Source of the DNA: Octopus vulgaris
Lineage: Eukaryota
Assembly: GCA_951406725.2 (NCBI GenBank)
Contig: OX597823.1
Coordinates: forward strand, 6,386,001 to 6,450,000
Length of the DNA stretch: 64,000 nucleotides
Reading direction: 5' to 3'
The translations under genes and the position numbers were made by a program. Position 1 is the stretch's first letter. Each line of letters begins with the position of its first letter. The notes under the pieces were generated by a model. That model had not been told where the DNA came from and ran no database searches. It was given only the letters and a program-made list of their open reading frames with translations. This document shows positions 39,854 through 53,589 of the stretch, piece by piece.

Positions 39854-40367
39854 GTAAGTCGAATCAGTTTCCTTTTTAGTATTTCATTGACGATGTATTT
39901 CTAAATCTGTATAATCTTCCCAGCTTTCATTTTAAGCTCCTTCACCAGTGTTTTCGAATATGTTTTTTGTTTGTAAATCTGTGTGAGTGAATATGTGCCC
40001 ATTTCAATGACATGGCAAATATGAGAGCATGATAGTTCAGTGGAACAATTTGGTGCATGCATGTGTATACCTCTGATTATGTGACAACCTTTGTCCAAAA
40101 GTTATTTTATTGTTTGTGAATGTTACTGAGGGTCCACTCTTCTGATTCGGAATATGGGTGCGTGACAATTAGAAGGAATATATGGCAAACTTGTGTATGT
40201 GTGTGTGTATATATATAGGGCTCAGAAAGTGTGTCTAAAGCCAGCTGGAGGAAGTGTCCTTCTGGGGCTACAAACTACAGTACCATCCACCCTTAGGGCT
40301 TAGCCATATTTAAATGGCAAATATACATCACGATGTGTTGCAGCTACTGTTTATAACTCGCTCTAAG

Positions 40368-40424
<57 letters not shown>

Positions 40425-40428
<4 letters not shown>

Positions 40429-43270
40429 GAAAGAATGAAGTTGAACGACGAATTAACAAAATTCCTTTATTTTATTTTCGACATATGTTTCGAAGGCTGC
40501 ATATTCCTAATTTCGAAGGAATAAGGGGTGCATTATGCCGCCTTCTCATCAGGAAAAGCAAGGAACTTATGTCAGCATGAAGATGCACAAAAAGCTTTTA
40601 GATGACTGCCCACACGGAGCCCATAACGATAATGAGTGTTTCTTTAAAATATTCCGTTATAAGCAGTGACGTCAAAATGGTTGAATGTAGAAGATTCTAG
40701 AAGGTTCAAGGGTTCAAACAAGGTTGGAGTAGGGAGACCTAAGAATAGGAAGGTAAAAGGGTGCAGGTCAAATGAATGGTGATTTTGTTGTTTTCTTTTG
40801 TGAACGAGTGCCTATGTGTGTGTATGTATATAACTGCATTAATGGCTATGTGTGTGTATGTGTGTGCGTGATTGTGTGTGTGGATGTGTAGATGCCAAAA
40901 AACAGACAGTGGTGAAGTGACAGGTTTGTGTCTGTGTGTTTGATTGTGCTCACGATAGAGAGAGGGAAAGAGAGAGAGAGGAGGGCGAGTTAGCGAGACA
41001 AAGGTAAAACACACCTCATTGGGTTGGGTAGTAGTCCTTTAAGAGTATAAAAATTGACTATGGGGGTGATATATAAATGGGACTATACTATTAAAATTCA
41101 AGGAGGTTATCTATATTAATCATTATTCATATGAGTGAAAGGTGTGTTTTTGCCAGTGCATGCATCTATAGGATTTCTCGACTATTGTATTTATTAAAGG
41201 GACTTTGGCGAACAAAATATGGAAAAGTTCGGAATTATAGACGCCACAAAATTTTCTGCCCTTATCAAACGGAAAGGATACAGACAATAAGGACCATCCC
41301 AGCTTGAAAGTTGTATTACTGTCCTTAAGACGCCAAACTATTTTACTTAGTCCTGTGCTGTGTTGTTTTCTCTTATCTCGGAAAGTTGAATAATGGTTGG
41401 AGATCCTGTGGGATAATTTAGAAGTAGTTGCCCCAATGTAGAAGAAGACATCGGTACCGGAAGAAATTTTGCACTGGTGAATGGAATTTCTAATTTTGGA
41501 ATTGCTGGATAAGAACTTTAATCTGTTAGGGTTTACCTCCGAGATTAAGACGGAGTTATTATTGTTATGATTGGTGTTAATATTATTGCTAGCACTGACC
41601 ACAATACTATTCCTATTATTATCATTACTATTAATTGTACTATCGTCGGTAATTTCCCTGACTATAAGAATGCTGGGGTTGTTATCATCAATACTACCAC
41701 TGTTATTATAAATGCTGTCGTTATTACCACTAACACTACCACTGTTAATAATCCGACTAATATTATTATTAATATTACTATTGTTAATGCCAACGCTGCT
41801 ATGAATGTTGCTATTATCAATACTATTTCTATTATTATCATTATTGTATGTTTGGTTGGAATTGGTAAGGGCAGTGTCGCTACTCCCGGGTGATGAGTCC
41901 TTATTTAGCAGCTTGTTATTATGGGAGGCAATGATCTGCGATAGATTTCTAGTGTTGGAGAATGCAATCCTTACCTTATGCGAATTGATAGTAGAGTAAT
42001 ACCTAGAATTCCTGGGAAAGTTTCTAGCTACGGCTTCACGGAACTGTAAAGGGAGGTTAGACGTGATTTGTTTCCCGAAAGGAATGACAAACCAGATATA
42101 GTTTTTTGGGGACTTAGAATAGTTCAGAGTGTTACCATTTACATTAAAGGGAGTATTTCTGTGTTGGAGAATTGGTGTTGGTTTCCGATTGCCTCCCCTG
42201 GTCCGTAAATTATTTTTGTTAAGTATAGTGGTGTCGACGTTGTTAGAGCTGAAATCATTATTTACATTATTTCTATTGTAATTAGCTTTCTTATCCTGAG
42301 AAGCATATATCGGTTTAGAATGGGCCGGGTCGATGCATGATACCTTATCTCTATAACCGGCTTTTGATAAGGCGGCGTTATAAAATTCCGCTTTTTGGTT
42401 AAAGATGTCGACATTAGCAGATTAATTTGATAGTCTTAAGGATATATTTTTAACTAAATTATCGGTGATAGTTTTGGCATGGTTACTAAAAATGCTTATA
42501 TATTTAAGATTAGTAGAAGGCTTATGATAAGGGAAGTAAGAATTATTCTGCAGATTTAGGGTAACATCTAAGAAGTTGGCTTTAGTTAATTCGTCGTCGA
42601 AAACTATGCTCAAGCTCATTCTGCTAAAAAATCTAGCTAATCTGTTTTTAGTCTTCTGTATCATATTATTCGGAGCATTCTGTAGGTAAAGTAGACAATT
42701 GTCTCGATACAAACCGCCGCAGATGTCCGGGAATTGGTCGGCCAATTCATAGAGAATATAGATTCCGACCAAATCGGCTATCTGGGCGCTATCTGTACTT
42801 CCCATTAGTACATCGAATGCGTTGGGGGTATCCTTGCGGACCCATAACTTATCATCGAACTTTATGAAGGATTTTCTAGCCGCTAAAATTACATTAATTT
42901 CCTCCCTTGAGAGGCCTGCCTTATTATGTGCGTGCCATAGGGCCTTATTGAGTACACTAGGGTTGATCGAAGGGTAGAAACTAGATATATCGAATTGAAT
43001 GAACTTTGTGCTGTGTTTATTAGTAATAGAAGAAAAACACTCTACGACTTGAGTGGAGCACATAATAAGGCATCATTATCGTTGTCAATACCATTAATGC
43101 TACCATCATTATCATTCATAATATTGTTAATATCACTTACGTTAGGATCCAAAGTGGCACATATGTATGTCCGGGTTCCATTTAGTAATTTTCCTTATGA
43201 CATAAATACTCTATTGGATTTGAATTTAAATTATCATTGTCTTCCTCATGGTTGGTCCGTTGAGAGCCGC
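40425..43270 (-). mobile_element. Decayed Penelope-like element (RT, Asn-rich linker, GIY-YIG, 3' HHR)
   Basis: QFDISSFYPSI, MGSTDSAQIADLVG, GLYRD, NFLDVTLNL and YHKP motifs; YIGATT...RISNH...LSKIVW nuclease segment. Confidence 0.85.
40475..40557 (-). ncRNA. Type I hammerhead ribozyme with an intact core
   Basis: Minus strand: TTTTC-CTGATGA-GAAGGC...GCCTTC-GAAA-CATATG-TC-GAAAA; palindromic stem III; GUC triplet. Confidence 0.85.
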
Positions 43271-44045
43271 CCCCACACCGCACAAGAAAGACATACACAT
43301 CCACATCCAACCCTAAACCCACACGTCCACATAAAGACCCACACACACATGCACACACACATGAGTAAACCCCGACACATCGCTACACATTCACTAGATT
43401 GCAGAGTGCATGTCTGTCATCGCATGGCTTATAGACAAATCAGTATAGGCCGCAGTGTCTATACACTAACACACACACTCACACGCACATCCGCATATAC
43501 TCATAGATATTAATACAATCCCATATACTGTATCAGGGAACATTCGCACACACATATGTACATATTTAAATATATACATTTATTCATGGGTGGATATAAG
43601 TATAGGTTTTATTTGTACGTATGAGTGCGCAGACATATATTTAAATATGTATATATGTGTGTGCGAATGTTTATATTCATATACTGACCTACCATAAAAG
43701 GCTAATATTGGTAAAATGAGACTTACTTATCTACATGGCCGAAACAGCTGTAAGATGTAATCTATACTTATATTTATATTCTCTTTTTTATATATATTCT
43801 ACTTATTATACAACATTACTCTTTTATGTACACTTTTTTGTGTACATTCCTTTGTGTACACTGATTTGTTCTGCTCTTTTATGTTTAACCCTACAGTCTC
43901 TTATGTGGTGGTATAATAAAGTATGTGATTGAGTATTATCTGATAATTGATATTTGATTTAGATGTATTTCTCCATTTTCTTATCTTGTATATATATATA
44001 TTTTATATCTATATAAATATATATATATATATGCATATATATATG

Positions 44046-44100
<55 letters not shown>

Positions 44101-44101
44101 A

Positions 44102-44142
<41 letters not shown>

Positions 44143-44158
44143 TATATATATATATGTA

Positions 44159-44197
<39 letters not shown>

Positions 44198-44198
<1 letters not shown>

Positions 44199-45170
44199 CA
44201 TAGGCCAAACAAAAAATGGTTTGCGTAAACGAATGGCCCTGCACAGATCCCAGATAAAAATTCCCCAAAACAGAAAAATAGCTTTTAGCCAACACATAGA
44301 TACTTGCGCCAACAAAAAAACACCAAACTTCAGGATTTTCCCCCTCTACCAATTTAGGGACGATACAACCTCGAGACAACGAATAAGTAAAGAAAATCTC
44401 TTTATTACAAAATACAGGCCACTTCTTAACGGGTCTACGACAAACAATTAATATACCTCAACTTTAGAATAAAAGAAATATATACACACACAAATATTAC
44501 ATTCCATAGAATCCATTACTAATCAGCCCCATCACAGCTATACTTTCACCCATTCATATTCTCCCTTCTCTGTTTTTTTCTTCTTCTTCCTCTTCTTCTT
44601 CATTATCATCATTATCATCATCATCGTCGTCATCATCATCACCACCATCATCACCATCATCTTCTCCTTCTCCTTCTTCTTCTTCTTCTTCTTCTTCTTC
44701 TTCATCATCATCATCATCAACATCGTCATCTTCTTCTTCTTCTTCTTCTACTTCTCCACCTTCTACCCCTTAACCTTGTCACTAATGTCTTTCAATATAA
44801 CGCCTACGCAAATTCCATAAACAATTCCTGAATTGAACTGCGACTGTTGTCCGCCACTGACCATTCAAAATACGACCATCAAGGCATTCCAAGATTTCCC
44901 CACCCCTCTCCACATCAGCCTTCTTCTTCACCTACCCTACCAAGAACTCACAACGACCTCGAACACACAAGTGCAAACAAGGGAGTCAGAGAAAGGCAGA
45001 ATGCCACTTACATCTGAACACTACTATAGAAATATTCTTTTAAAAAAACTTTTCTTCTAATTTTTCTAAATTTAATTATTTAATCGTTACAGTTGAAAAG
45101 GTCTCAAAATGACCGAAACCGGTACTGAAAGATTCACTATAAAATTATCTTAGCATTTTCTATTTTTGAC
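44198..45170 (+). mobile_element. 3' fragment of a Penelope-like element with a degenerate HHR (45090-45127)
   Basis: RMALHRSQI...FSQHI...[14 protein letters not shown] resembles a GIY-YIG C-terminus; CAG-TTGAAAA-GGTC..GACC-GAAA-CCGG-TA-CTG. Confidence 0.55.
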
Positions 45171-46714
45171 TTGTTTTTTCATATATATATATATATATAC
45201 ATATGTGTGTGTTTGTCTGTCTGTGTATCAATGTATTGTGCATGCCAGGATACCAAAATATTTTCTGTCTTTTTCCAAAAGGTAGTCTATTTTTTGTGAA
45301 TGCGGGCGAGGGCCCGTTCTTCAGACTCAGGATATGATTGTGACAATTAGGAGGAAAGCTATTTCACACTTGTTTATGTGTACATATACGTTTGTCTGTG
45401 TATGGATGTGTGGTGCATGCGAGTATATGAAAATCTATGCGTAATTCGGTCTCTATATATGTACAGTGTTTACTTCTCCATCACCACTGATTACCATCCT
45501 ATACATTTCTCCTCTCCTCTTCCTCTTCCTCCTCCTCCTCCTCCTTCTTCTTCTACTCCTTTTCGTTCTTCTTTTTCATTTTCTTCTCCAAATCCTTTCT
45601 TTTCTCCCTCTTCTAATTTGTCGTCTTCTTCTCCTTCAAGATTTTCTTCTCCATCTTCTCTCCTATATCTTCTTTTTCTTCTTCTTCATCTTCTATCATC
45701 TTCTTTGCTTCATCTTATTCTCTTTCTTGGTTCTTTTCTTCTTCTTTCCTCTTTCTTCTTTATTTTCTTTTTCTTCTTCACATTCTTTTTCTCTTTCTCC
45801 TAATGTCCCCGCCTCGTTCTCCTTCCTTTTCTTCTTCTTTTTCTTCTCCTTTCATTCTTCTCTTTATTTTTCATTTCCTTCTCCTTTTTTATCTTCTCCT
45901 TAGTATCTTCTCCTTCTCCTTCATGATTTTCTTCTTCTTCTTCTTCTTCTTCTTCTTCTTCTTCTTCTTCTTCTTCTTCTTCTTTTCTTTTCCGTTTTCT
46001 TTTTCTTCTTCCTCATCTTATTCTTTTTCTCCTATTTTCTCCCTCTATTTGTTTTCCTTCCATCATTTTCTTACTATTTTTATTTTTTTCTTTCGTTCAC
46101 CTCTTTCAATCCAATTAACTATTTCTGCTGCTTCATTATCGTTATCTCATTCTTCATATTCGACTCATCCTTGTTGATTTAAGAACTCCTTCTACATCTC
46201 ACCCCACATTATCCGATTGTATTTTTCACATTCCTCTTCCTCCCAGACCGGTTGTTGTTCTTGTTTTCTTCTCCTTCCGTTCCTTACTCTCTTCTATTTG
46301 TGCACCAACCCCTTCTCCATCTCCTTTTTCCCCTGTTCTTTTTTATTCTCCTCCCCTTCCTTTACACTCTTCTTCTAAAATTTAATCTTTTTTCCAATCC
46401 GTCCCTCTCAAATTTCTTTCACGTCATGTCTTTTCTGTTTTCTCTGTTTTCTATTTTCTATCGACATTCTCTTTGTATTCACCATCACTATCATCATCAT
46501 TGCCATTTTCAACATCCTTAATTTTATCGTCATCAACATATTCATCGTCATCGACAACAGAAACAGCACCAGCTTCACAGTAGTTACCAAAGTCATCATC
46601 ATCATCATCATTATCACCACACATGTCCTCATCATCATTGTTATTACAACACCATTATCTACAACACTACCACCATCCTCCTGCCATCAGTCCCTACCTC
46701 ATTTTCATCCATAC

Positions 46715-47118
46715 CTATTTCTTTACTACCCACAAGGGGCTAAACACAGAGGGGACAAACAAGGACAGACAAAGGGATTAAGTCGATTCGATCGACCCCA
46801 GTGCGAAACTGGTACTTATTTAATCGACCCCGAAAGAATGAAAGGCAAAGTCGACCTCGGTGGAATTTGAACTCAGAACGTAGTGGCAGACGAAATACCT
46901 ATTTCTTTACTACCCACAAGGGGCTAAACAGAGGGGACAAACAAGGACAGACAAAGATTAGATCGACCCCAGTGCGAAACTGGTACTTATTTAATCGACC
47001 CCGAAAGAATGAAAGGCAAAGTCGACCTCGGCGGAATTTGAACTCAGAACGTAGTGGCAGACGAAATACCGCTAAGCATTTCACCCGGCGTGCTAACGTT
47101 TATGCTAGCTCGCCGCCT
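46715..47118 (-). mobile_element. SINE family A tandem dimer
   Basis: Match to family A. Confidence 0.85.
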
Positions 47119-47365
47119 TCATTTTCATCCATACCATCACAACCCCCCATCCCCATACACTTGCTTCTCCTATTCCTTAATATCATCATCATCTTTATCT
47201 TCATTTACATTCCTTCTCCTACACTAAGCTAGTGTTTAGCCGTCATATTTTACATTTTATAATAAAACATTTCTATACATTTTCTAATCATCTAATATTT
47301 TACTTACAGACATTTCAGTCATAATATTTTCCAATAAATCTCCTTTCCAACCTTTTGTCTTATAG

Positions 47366-47437
47366 ATATTTGAATGGAAATGATATCGAGAAATTTCAAG
47401 TAGGATCCTTCAGTGACCTTCCCAGTTTAGGATATCT
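47366..47437 (+). CDS. 72-nt LRR exon, class C: YLNGNDIEKFQVGSFSDLPSLGYL
   Basis: ttatag|...CT|gtaagt. Confidence 0.9.
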
Positions 47438-48094
47438 GTAAGTTGGATAAGACTTGTTGAAAATTTTCATTGACAGTATCTCCCTAAATATTTAAAACCT
47501 TCCCATTTTCTTTTGCGCTCCGTCCTTGTTTCTCTTTATAGCAATGTGCGATTGTTTGTGTTTGTAAATATGTGTGCCTGACCCCCACTTGTTTTTTTCA
47601 TTTTATGGGATTAATATATTCGTTCTTCCAGTCACTTGTATTTGAATCTAGACTAAAACACACATATGAAGTGGGTGTTAATATATGTACTAGTAATTCT
47701 GACCTCCTCCTTATGAAATCCAATATGTATCTCTATTTAAAAACCCCCATACGTTTTTTTTTTATTTACTGGTCAAGCTCTATTTGTATGTTCGTTGTGA
47801 ATAACCAAATATGGAGTTATATGGGTTTTTTTCCAAATTCATATTTAATTTATACTTAACGGTCAATTCTCCTTACAGTTTAAGAGTTTTAGTAAGATGG
47901 TGGTTACTACTACTATTTGGGAATAATTTCTGATTTATAAAATTTTAAATTTTAGCTTTTTTGTAAATAATAGGTGAAATATTCAAAGACAAGAATAGGT
48001 GTTATGTATCGTAATTAACTATCTAGCCACAGCTTGATTTATTTTTTAAGAACATTTCGAAATAAATATTATACTAATATTATACTATTATTCT

Positions 48095-48491
48095 AGGCGC
48101 AGGAGTGGCTGTGTGGTAAGTAGCTTGCTAACCAACCACATGGTTCCGGGTTCAGTCCCACTGCGTGGCACCTTGGGCAAGTATCTTCTGCTATAGCCCC
48201 GGGCCGACCAATGCCCTTTGAGTGGATTTAGTAGACGGAAACTGAAAGAAGCCTGTCGTATATATGTATGTATGTATGTGTGTGTGTGTGTGTGTGTTTG
48301 TCCCCCTAGCATTGCTTGACAACCGATGCTGGTGTGTTTACGTCCCCGTCACTTAGCGGTTCGGAAAAAGAGACCGATAGGATAAGTACTGGGCTTACAA
48401 AGAATAAGTCCCGGGCTCGATTTGCTCGACTAAAGGCGGTGCTCCAGCATGGCCGCAGTCAAGTGACTGAAACAAGTAAAAGAGTAAAGAG
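48095..48491 (+). mobile_element. SINE family B
   Basis: Match to 20590-20990. Confidence 0.85.
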
Positions 48492-48770
48492 TAATAAAAA
48501 AGTCTAAAAATCAAAAACCAGAATTACTTCCGCAGCCTTCTCCTCCTTCTCCTTCTACTCCAACCCCACCTGTCCCTCTACAACTTTTCCGTCCTCATTT
48601 AATTGTCCTTTTCTTATTTCACTTGCTTGTTTCAAATTTTAATCGTTTTGTTCTTTGTCGCCTCTAAATTCTTTCACATCACGGGTTTCTTCTTTAATTC
48701 TGTTTGATCTTCTATTTTGCATCAAGAATCAGGTCTTACAAATTCTACTTAAATCAATTAATTTTAACAG

Positions 48771-48842
48771 GAATTTGGAACGTAACAATCTCAAGGAAAT
48801 CAGAGCAGAAACATTCGAAAATATTTCCAGTTTAACAAAAAT
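48771..48842 (+). CDS. 72-nt LRR exon, class B: NLERNNLKEIRAETFENISSLTK(I/M)
   Basis: taacag|...AT|gtaagt. Confidence 0.9.
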
Positions 48843-48964
48843 GTAAGTTGAATCCGTGTTTTTCTATTATTTAATTGACGATAAATTGCTGTGATGCACC
48901 TGAGCACTGTATACAATAATTTCATTATTATTATTATTATATCAACTAATATTTTATTTTACAG

Positions 48965-49036
48965 ATATTTGAATAGAAATAAAATCGACAAAATTCAAGT
49001 TGGAACATTCGATTATCTGCCCAAGTTAACATATCT
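48965..49036 (+). CDS. 72-nt LRR exon, class C: YLNRNKIDKIQVGTFDYLPKLTYL
   Basis: ttacag|...CT|gtaagt; upstream intron only 122 nt. Confidence 0.9.
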
Positions 49037-49086
49037 GTAAGTCGGACAAGTCTTGTTGATAATATTTCATTGGCATTATATTTCTA

Positions 49087-49516
49087 CTAGCAGCATAGCC
49101 CGGCGTTGCCCGGGTATGTAAGAGCCCCTAGTAAGCAACGACTAGTCCCAATCTAGTTCTTTCCCTCTAGGGAACGAAAGCGCATGTGTAGGTTGCAATG
49201 TCTTCTCTTCACTCGAATACTTCTATGTATACGATGTTCGTAGCTGTCTCCCGATAGCAAGTTGCGAAAACTACAACAGAAAATGTGTTGCATATAAAAA
49301 GCTTAGATTCTCGACCCCATGTCAAATTTATCGATTTTTTTCAGAACTGAGGGAACTTTTCAAAATTATTACTGCGTTAGTTTTGAATTATGACATTGGG
49401 CTATGTATGTGTCAATTTTCATCAGAATCGGTTGAAAGCCGCGGCCAGGGTGAGGGTACAACCTGACAGACTCACAGACACACAGACAGACCAAGTGCCG
49501 TATATATATAGAGAGA
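49087..49516 (-). mobile_element. Non-autonomous Helitron
   Basis: CTAG and CCCGGCGTTGCCCGGG hairpin at left end, GA at right end; similar to 26330-26696. Confidence 0.75.
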
Positions 49517-49625
49517 TAATTCTATATAACTATTTATAGTCTTCCCATTTTGTTTCACGTCCCGTTCTTGTCGCTCTTTGTATTCTCACTCTTTTTCGTT
49601 AGAAATATGTGATTGCTTGTGAATA

Positions 49626-50067
49626 GGCGCACGAGTGGCTGTGAGGTAAGTAGCTTGCTTACCAACCACATGGTTCCGGGTTCTTTCCTGCTGGCTGGCA
49701 ACTTGGGCAAGTGTCTTCTACTATAGCCACGGGCCGACCAAAGCCTTGTGAGTGGATTTGGTAGACGGAAACTGAAAGAAGCCCCTCGTATATATGTGTA
49801 TATATATAAATATATATATATATTTATGTGTGTGTGTGTGTGTGTGTGTGCATGTTTGTGTGTCTGTGTTTGTCTCCCCAAAACATCGTTTGACAACGGA
49901 TGGTGGTGTGTCTACGTCCCCGTAACTTAGCGGTTCGGCAATAGAGAACGATAGAATAAGTACTGGGCTTCCAAAGAGTAAGTCATGGGGTCGATTTGCT
50001 CGATTAAAGGCGGTGCTCCAGCATGGCCGCAGTCAAAATGACTGAAACAATAAAAAGAGTAAGAGAG
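49626..50067 (+). mobile_element. SINE family B
   Basis: Match to family B. Confidence 0.85.
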
Positions 50068-50104
50068 TCTGTAAATATGTATAATAGTTTGTGTATGTAC
50101 GTGA

Positions 50105-50164
<60 letters not shown>

Positions 50165-50214
50165 TGTATTTGTATGAGTGAATCTATAATAGTGTATTAT
50201 ATAATCTATAAAGA

Positions 50215-50970
50215 TTAGCGGTAATTCGTCTGAATGATTAGCGGTAATTCGTCTGCCGCTACGTTCTGAGTTCAAATTCCGCCGAGGCCGACTTTGCCTT
50301 TCATCCTTTCGGGGTCGATAAATAAAGTACCAGTTTCGCACTGGGGTCGATGTAATCGACTTAATCTCTTTGTCTGTCGTTGTTTGTCCCCTCTGTGTTT
50401 AACCCTTTGTGGGTAGTAAAGAAACAGGTATTTCGTCTGCCGCTACGTTCCAAGTTCAAATACCGCCAAGGCCGACTTTGCCTTTCATCCTTTCGGGGTC
50501 GATAATTAAAGTACCAGTTTCGCACTGGGGTCGATGTAATCGACTTAATCTCTTTGTCTGTCGTTGTTTGTCCCCTCTGTGTTTAACCCTTTGTGGGTAG
50601 TAAAGAAATAGGTATTTCGTCTGCCGCTACGTTCCAAGTTCAAATACCGCCGAGGCCGACTTTGCCTTTCATCCTTTCGGGGTCGATAAATAAAGTACCA
50701 GTTTCGCGCTGGGGTCGATGTAATCGACTTAATCTCTTTGCCTGTAGTTGTGTGTCCCCTCTGTGTTTAGCCCCCTGTGGGAAGTAAAGAAACAGGTATT
50801 TCGTCTGCCGCTACGTTCTGAGTTCAAATTCCGCCGAGGTCGACTTTGCCTTTAATCCTTTTGGGATCGATAAGTAAAGTACCAGTTACACACTGGGGTC
50901 GATGTAATCCCTTTGTCTGTCCTTGTTTGTCCCCTCTGTGTTTAGCCCCTTGTGGGTAGTAAAGAAATAT
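50215..50970 (+). mobile_element. SINE family A tandem tetramer (~184-nt period)
   Basis: Four head-to-tail units. Confidence 0.85.
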
Positions 50971-51102
50971 ATAATAGTGTATCGGTTTGTGTTTCTGTTT
51001 CTGCCTGTTTATCATTTTCTGTGTTTATCTCTGGATCAATGATGATTTCCATACGAAACTCTTCTTTGTGTTTGTATATTTTAGGAGTACATAATTAATA
51101 TA

Positions 51103-51520
51103 CTCTTTTTCTTTTACTCTTTTACTTGTTTCAGTCATTTGACTGCGGCGATGCTGGAGCACCGCCTTTAGTCGAGCAACTCGACCCCGGGACTTATTAT
51201 TTTTGTAAGCCCAGTACTTATTCTATCGGTCTCTTTTGCCGAACCGCTAAGTGACGGCGACCTAATGACACCAGCATCGGTTGTCAAGCAATGCTAGGGG
51301 GACAAACACAGACACACAAAAATACACACACACATACATACATATATATACATATATACGACGGGCTTCTTTCAGTTTCCGTGTACCAAATCCACTCACA
51401 TGGCTTTGGTCGGCCTGAGGCTGTAGTAGAAGACAATTGCCAAGGTGCCACGCAGTGGGAATGAACCCGGAACCGTGTGGTTGACAAGCAAGCTACTTAC
51501 CTCACAGCCACTCCTGCGCC
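51103..51520 (-). mobile_element. SINE family B
   Basis: Match to family B. Confidence 0.85.
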
Positions 51521-52427
51521 TGTTTGTATATTTTAGGAGTTCATAATTAATATGAATATATTTTGCACAAACTTTTACAGAATTTCTCCCCTTTCTTCTC
51601 CTCCTCCCCATCGTCCTCCTCATCCTTCTACTTCTACTACCTGTGCCTTTTCTTCTGCTCCTTTCTTCTACTTTACTTTTATTTATCTTTTATTTTATCT
51701 AGTTTCAGCTCACGAGCTATGGCCATGCTGGGGCACCGCCATACTTACCCTTCTTTTCTTCTGCTTTATTTTCCTTCTAATAGTTTCCTTCATTTTTTGA
51801 TTTTTTCTTTGTTGTTGTTGTCGTTAATCCTCTTTACCTTATTTTTTGATACTTTTCCCTCTTTATCCTCTTCTCTTCTTGTCATGCTTTCTTCCTGTTG
51901 TTTTTGTTGTTATTGTAGTCGTTGTTGTTGTTCTCCTTTTTCTCCTTTTCCTTCTGCTTCTCTTTATTATCTTTCTTTAATATTCCTTTCATTTCTTTAA
52001 TACAACTATGTATTTTCAGTCTGTTTCATTATTGCCATCTTATCTTTATTTCCTCTGCATCCTCCTTACTTTTAGCTCCCGTCAAATTTCATCCAAATTC
52101 ATCGCTTTTTACATTCCGCATTCCTGTTCCCCACCGACATGTTAAAATTTTGCTTCTTGTTCCTGCTGTCCCTTTTCTGTCTGTTTCCTTTCCTCAGCCT
52201 TTTTCTCTTTGTCCTCCTCCTACTCCAACCCCCAATCCTTCTACGACTTTTCCCGCCCTCTCTTTATTATCCTCCTCTTACTTCACCTATCTCCAAATTT
52301 TAAACTTTTCTCAATCTCTCGTCCCTAATTTCTATCACATCGCGTTTCTCCTGAATTCTACTTGATCCTTTTTTCATCAAAAATCCGTTCCTTGCAAATT
52401 CTATTTAAACTCATTTATTTTTGGCAG

Positions 52428-52499
52428 GAATTTGGGTGATAATCATCTCCAAGAAATCAAAATAGAAACATTCCGAAACCTTTCCAGTTTAACAAAGCT
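52428..52499 (+). CDS. 72-nt LRR exon, class B: NLGDNHLQEIKIETFRNLSSLTKL
   Basis: tggcag|...CT|gtaagt. Confidence 0.9.
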
Positions 52500-53589
52500 G
52501 TAAGTTGAATAATTCTTTTTTTATATTACTTCATTGACGATATATTACTAAATATGTAATAAGTTACCGACTTCATTTTAATCTCTCTCACACGCTCTCT
52601 CATATTCTAACACGTTCTGTCCAAAGTCTGTGTTACTGACAGTGTAATAATTGAGGGCAAGCACGTATTGCATGCATTCATCTTCTTCTTCTCCTCCTCC
52701 TTCCTCTTTTCCCTCTTTTTCTTCTGCTATTTCTTATTACTCCTCTCCCTCTTCTTCTGCTTCCTCATCATTTCCTTCCTACCTTTCTTCTAATCCTTCT
52801 TCGTTTCCATCCTCTCTTCCTTTTACTTCACATTCTTCTTCTTCTTAGTTTCCTTCTCCGTCATCTTTTTATCTTCATTTTTCTTCTGTATCTTTTTCTT
52901 CTTATATTTTTCTCCTTTTCTTCTTTTACCTCTTGTTCTTGCTCTTCTCCGTCATACTCTTCTTCGATTTCTATTTTTTGGCCTTCTTCTCTTTCTTCTT
53001 CCTCTTTTCCTTTTTCTTCTTCTCTTCCTCTTCCTCCGCCATCTTCTTTTCTGCTTCTATTTCGCATTCTTCTTGTACTTTTTCTACACGTTCTTCATTT
53101 TCTTTCTCTTCTAGTGTCTCTCTTCCTCCTCTTCCTCCACTTTCTTTTTCCTCCCCTTCATCCATTTTTGTACTTCTTCATTTACTTTTTCTACATCAAG
53201 TTTTTCTTCTTTATTATTCTTCATTTTCTTCTCCTTTTTCTTCTTCTACACCCTTTCTTCTTTTTCGTCTATTTTGTATTCTCTTCGGTGAATTTAATTT
53301 TCTTTTCCCCACGATTTCTTAATATTTCTTCTTTCTCTATCACTCGCTACATACTTTATTTCTCTAAATCCATTGTATGTAATTCGCAACTACATTGTGC
53401 TGACAAAATTGTCGACATCCTCGTCTATGTGGTCATCACTTCCATCCTTCTCCTTTTCGTTATTGTCTATCTCAATCATAAACATCGTCAAGTTCATCTT
53501 TGTCGTCACCATCGTCAGCATCATTTATTACTATTACTACACAATGCTGCCATCAGATGCAGACACTTCAACACAAACATCATCACCGC

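Noticed and set aside
43684-43760. GGCC-GAAA-CAGCTG-TA hammerhead 3' half
   Set aside because: No CUGANGA core or stem II partner found upstream; at most a broken remnant.
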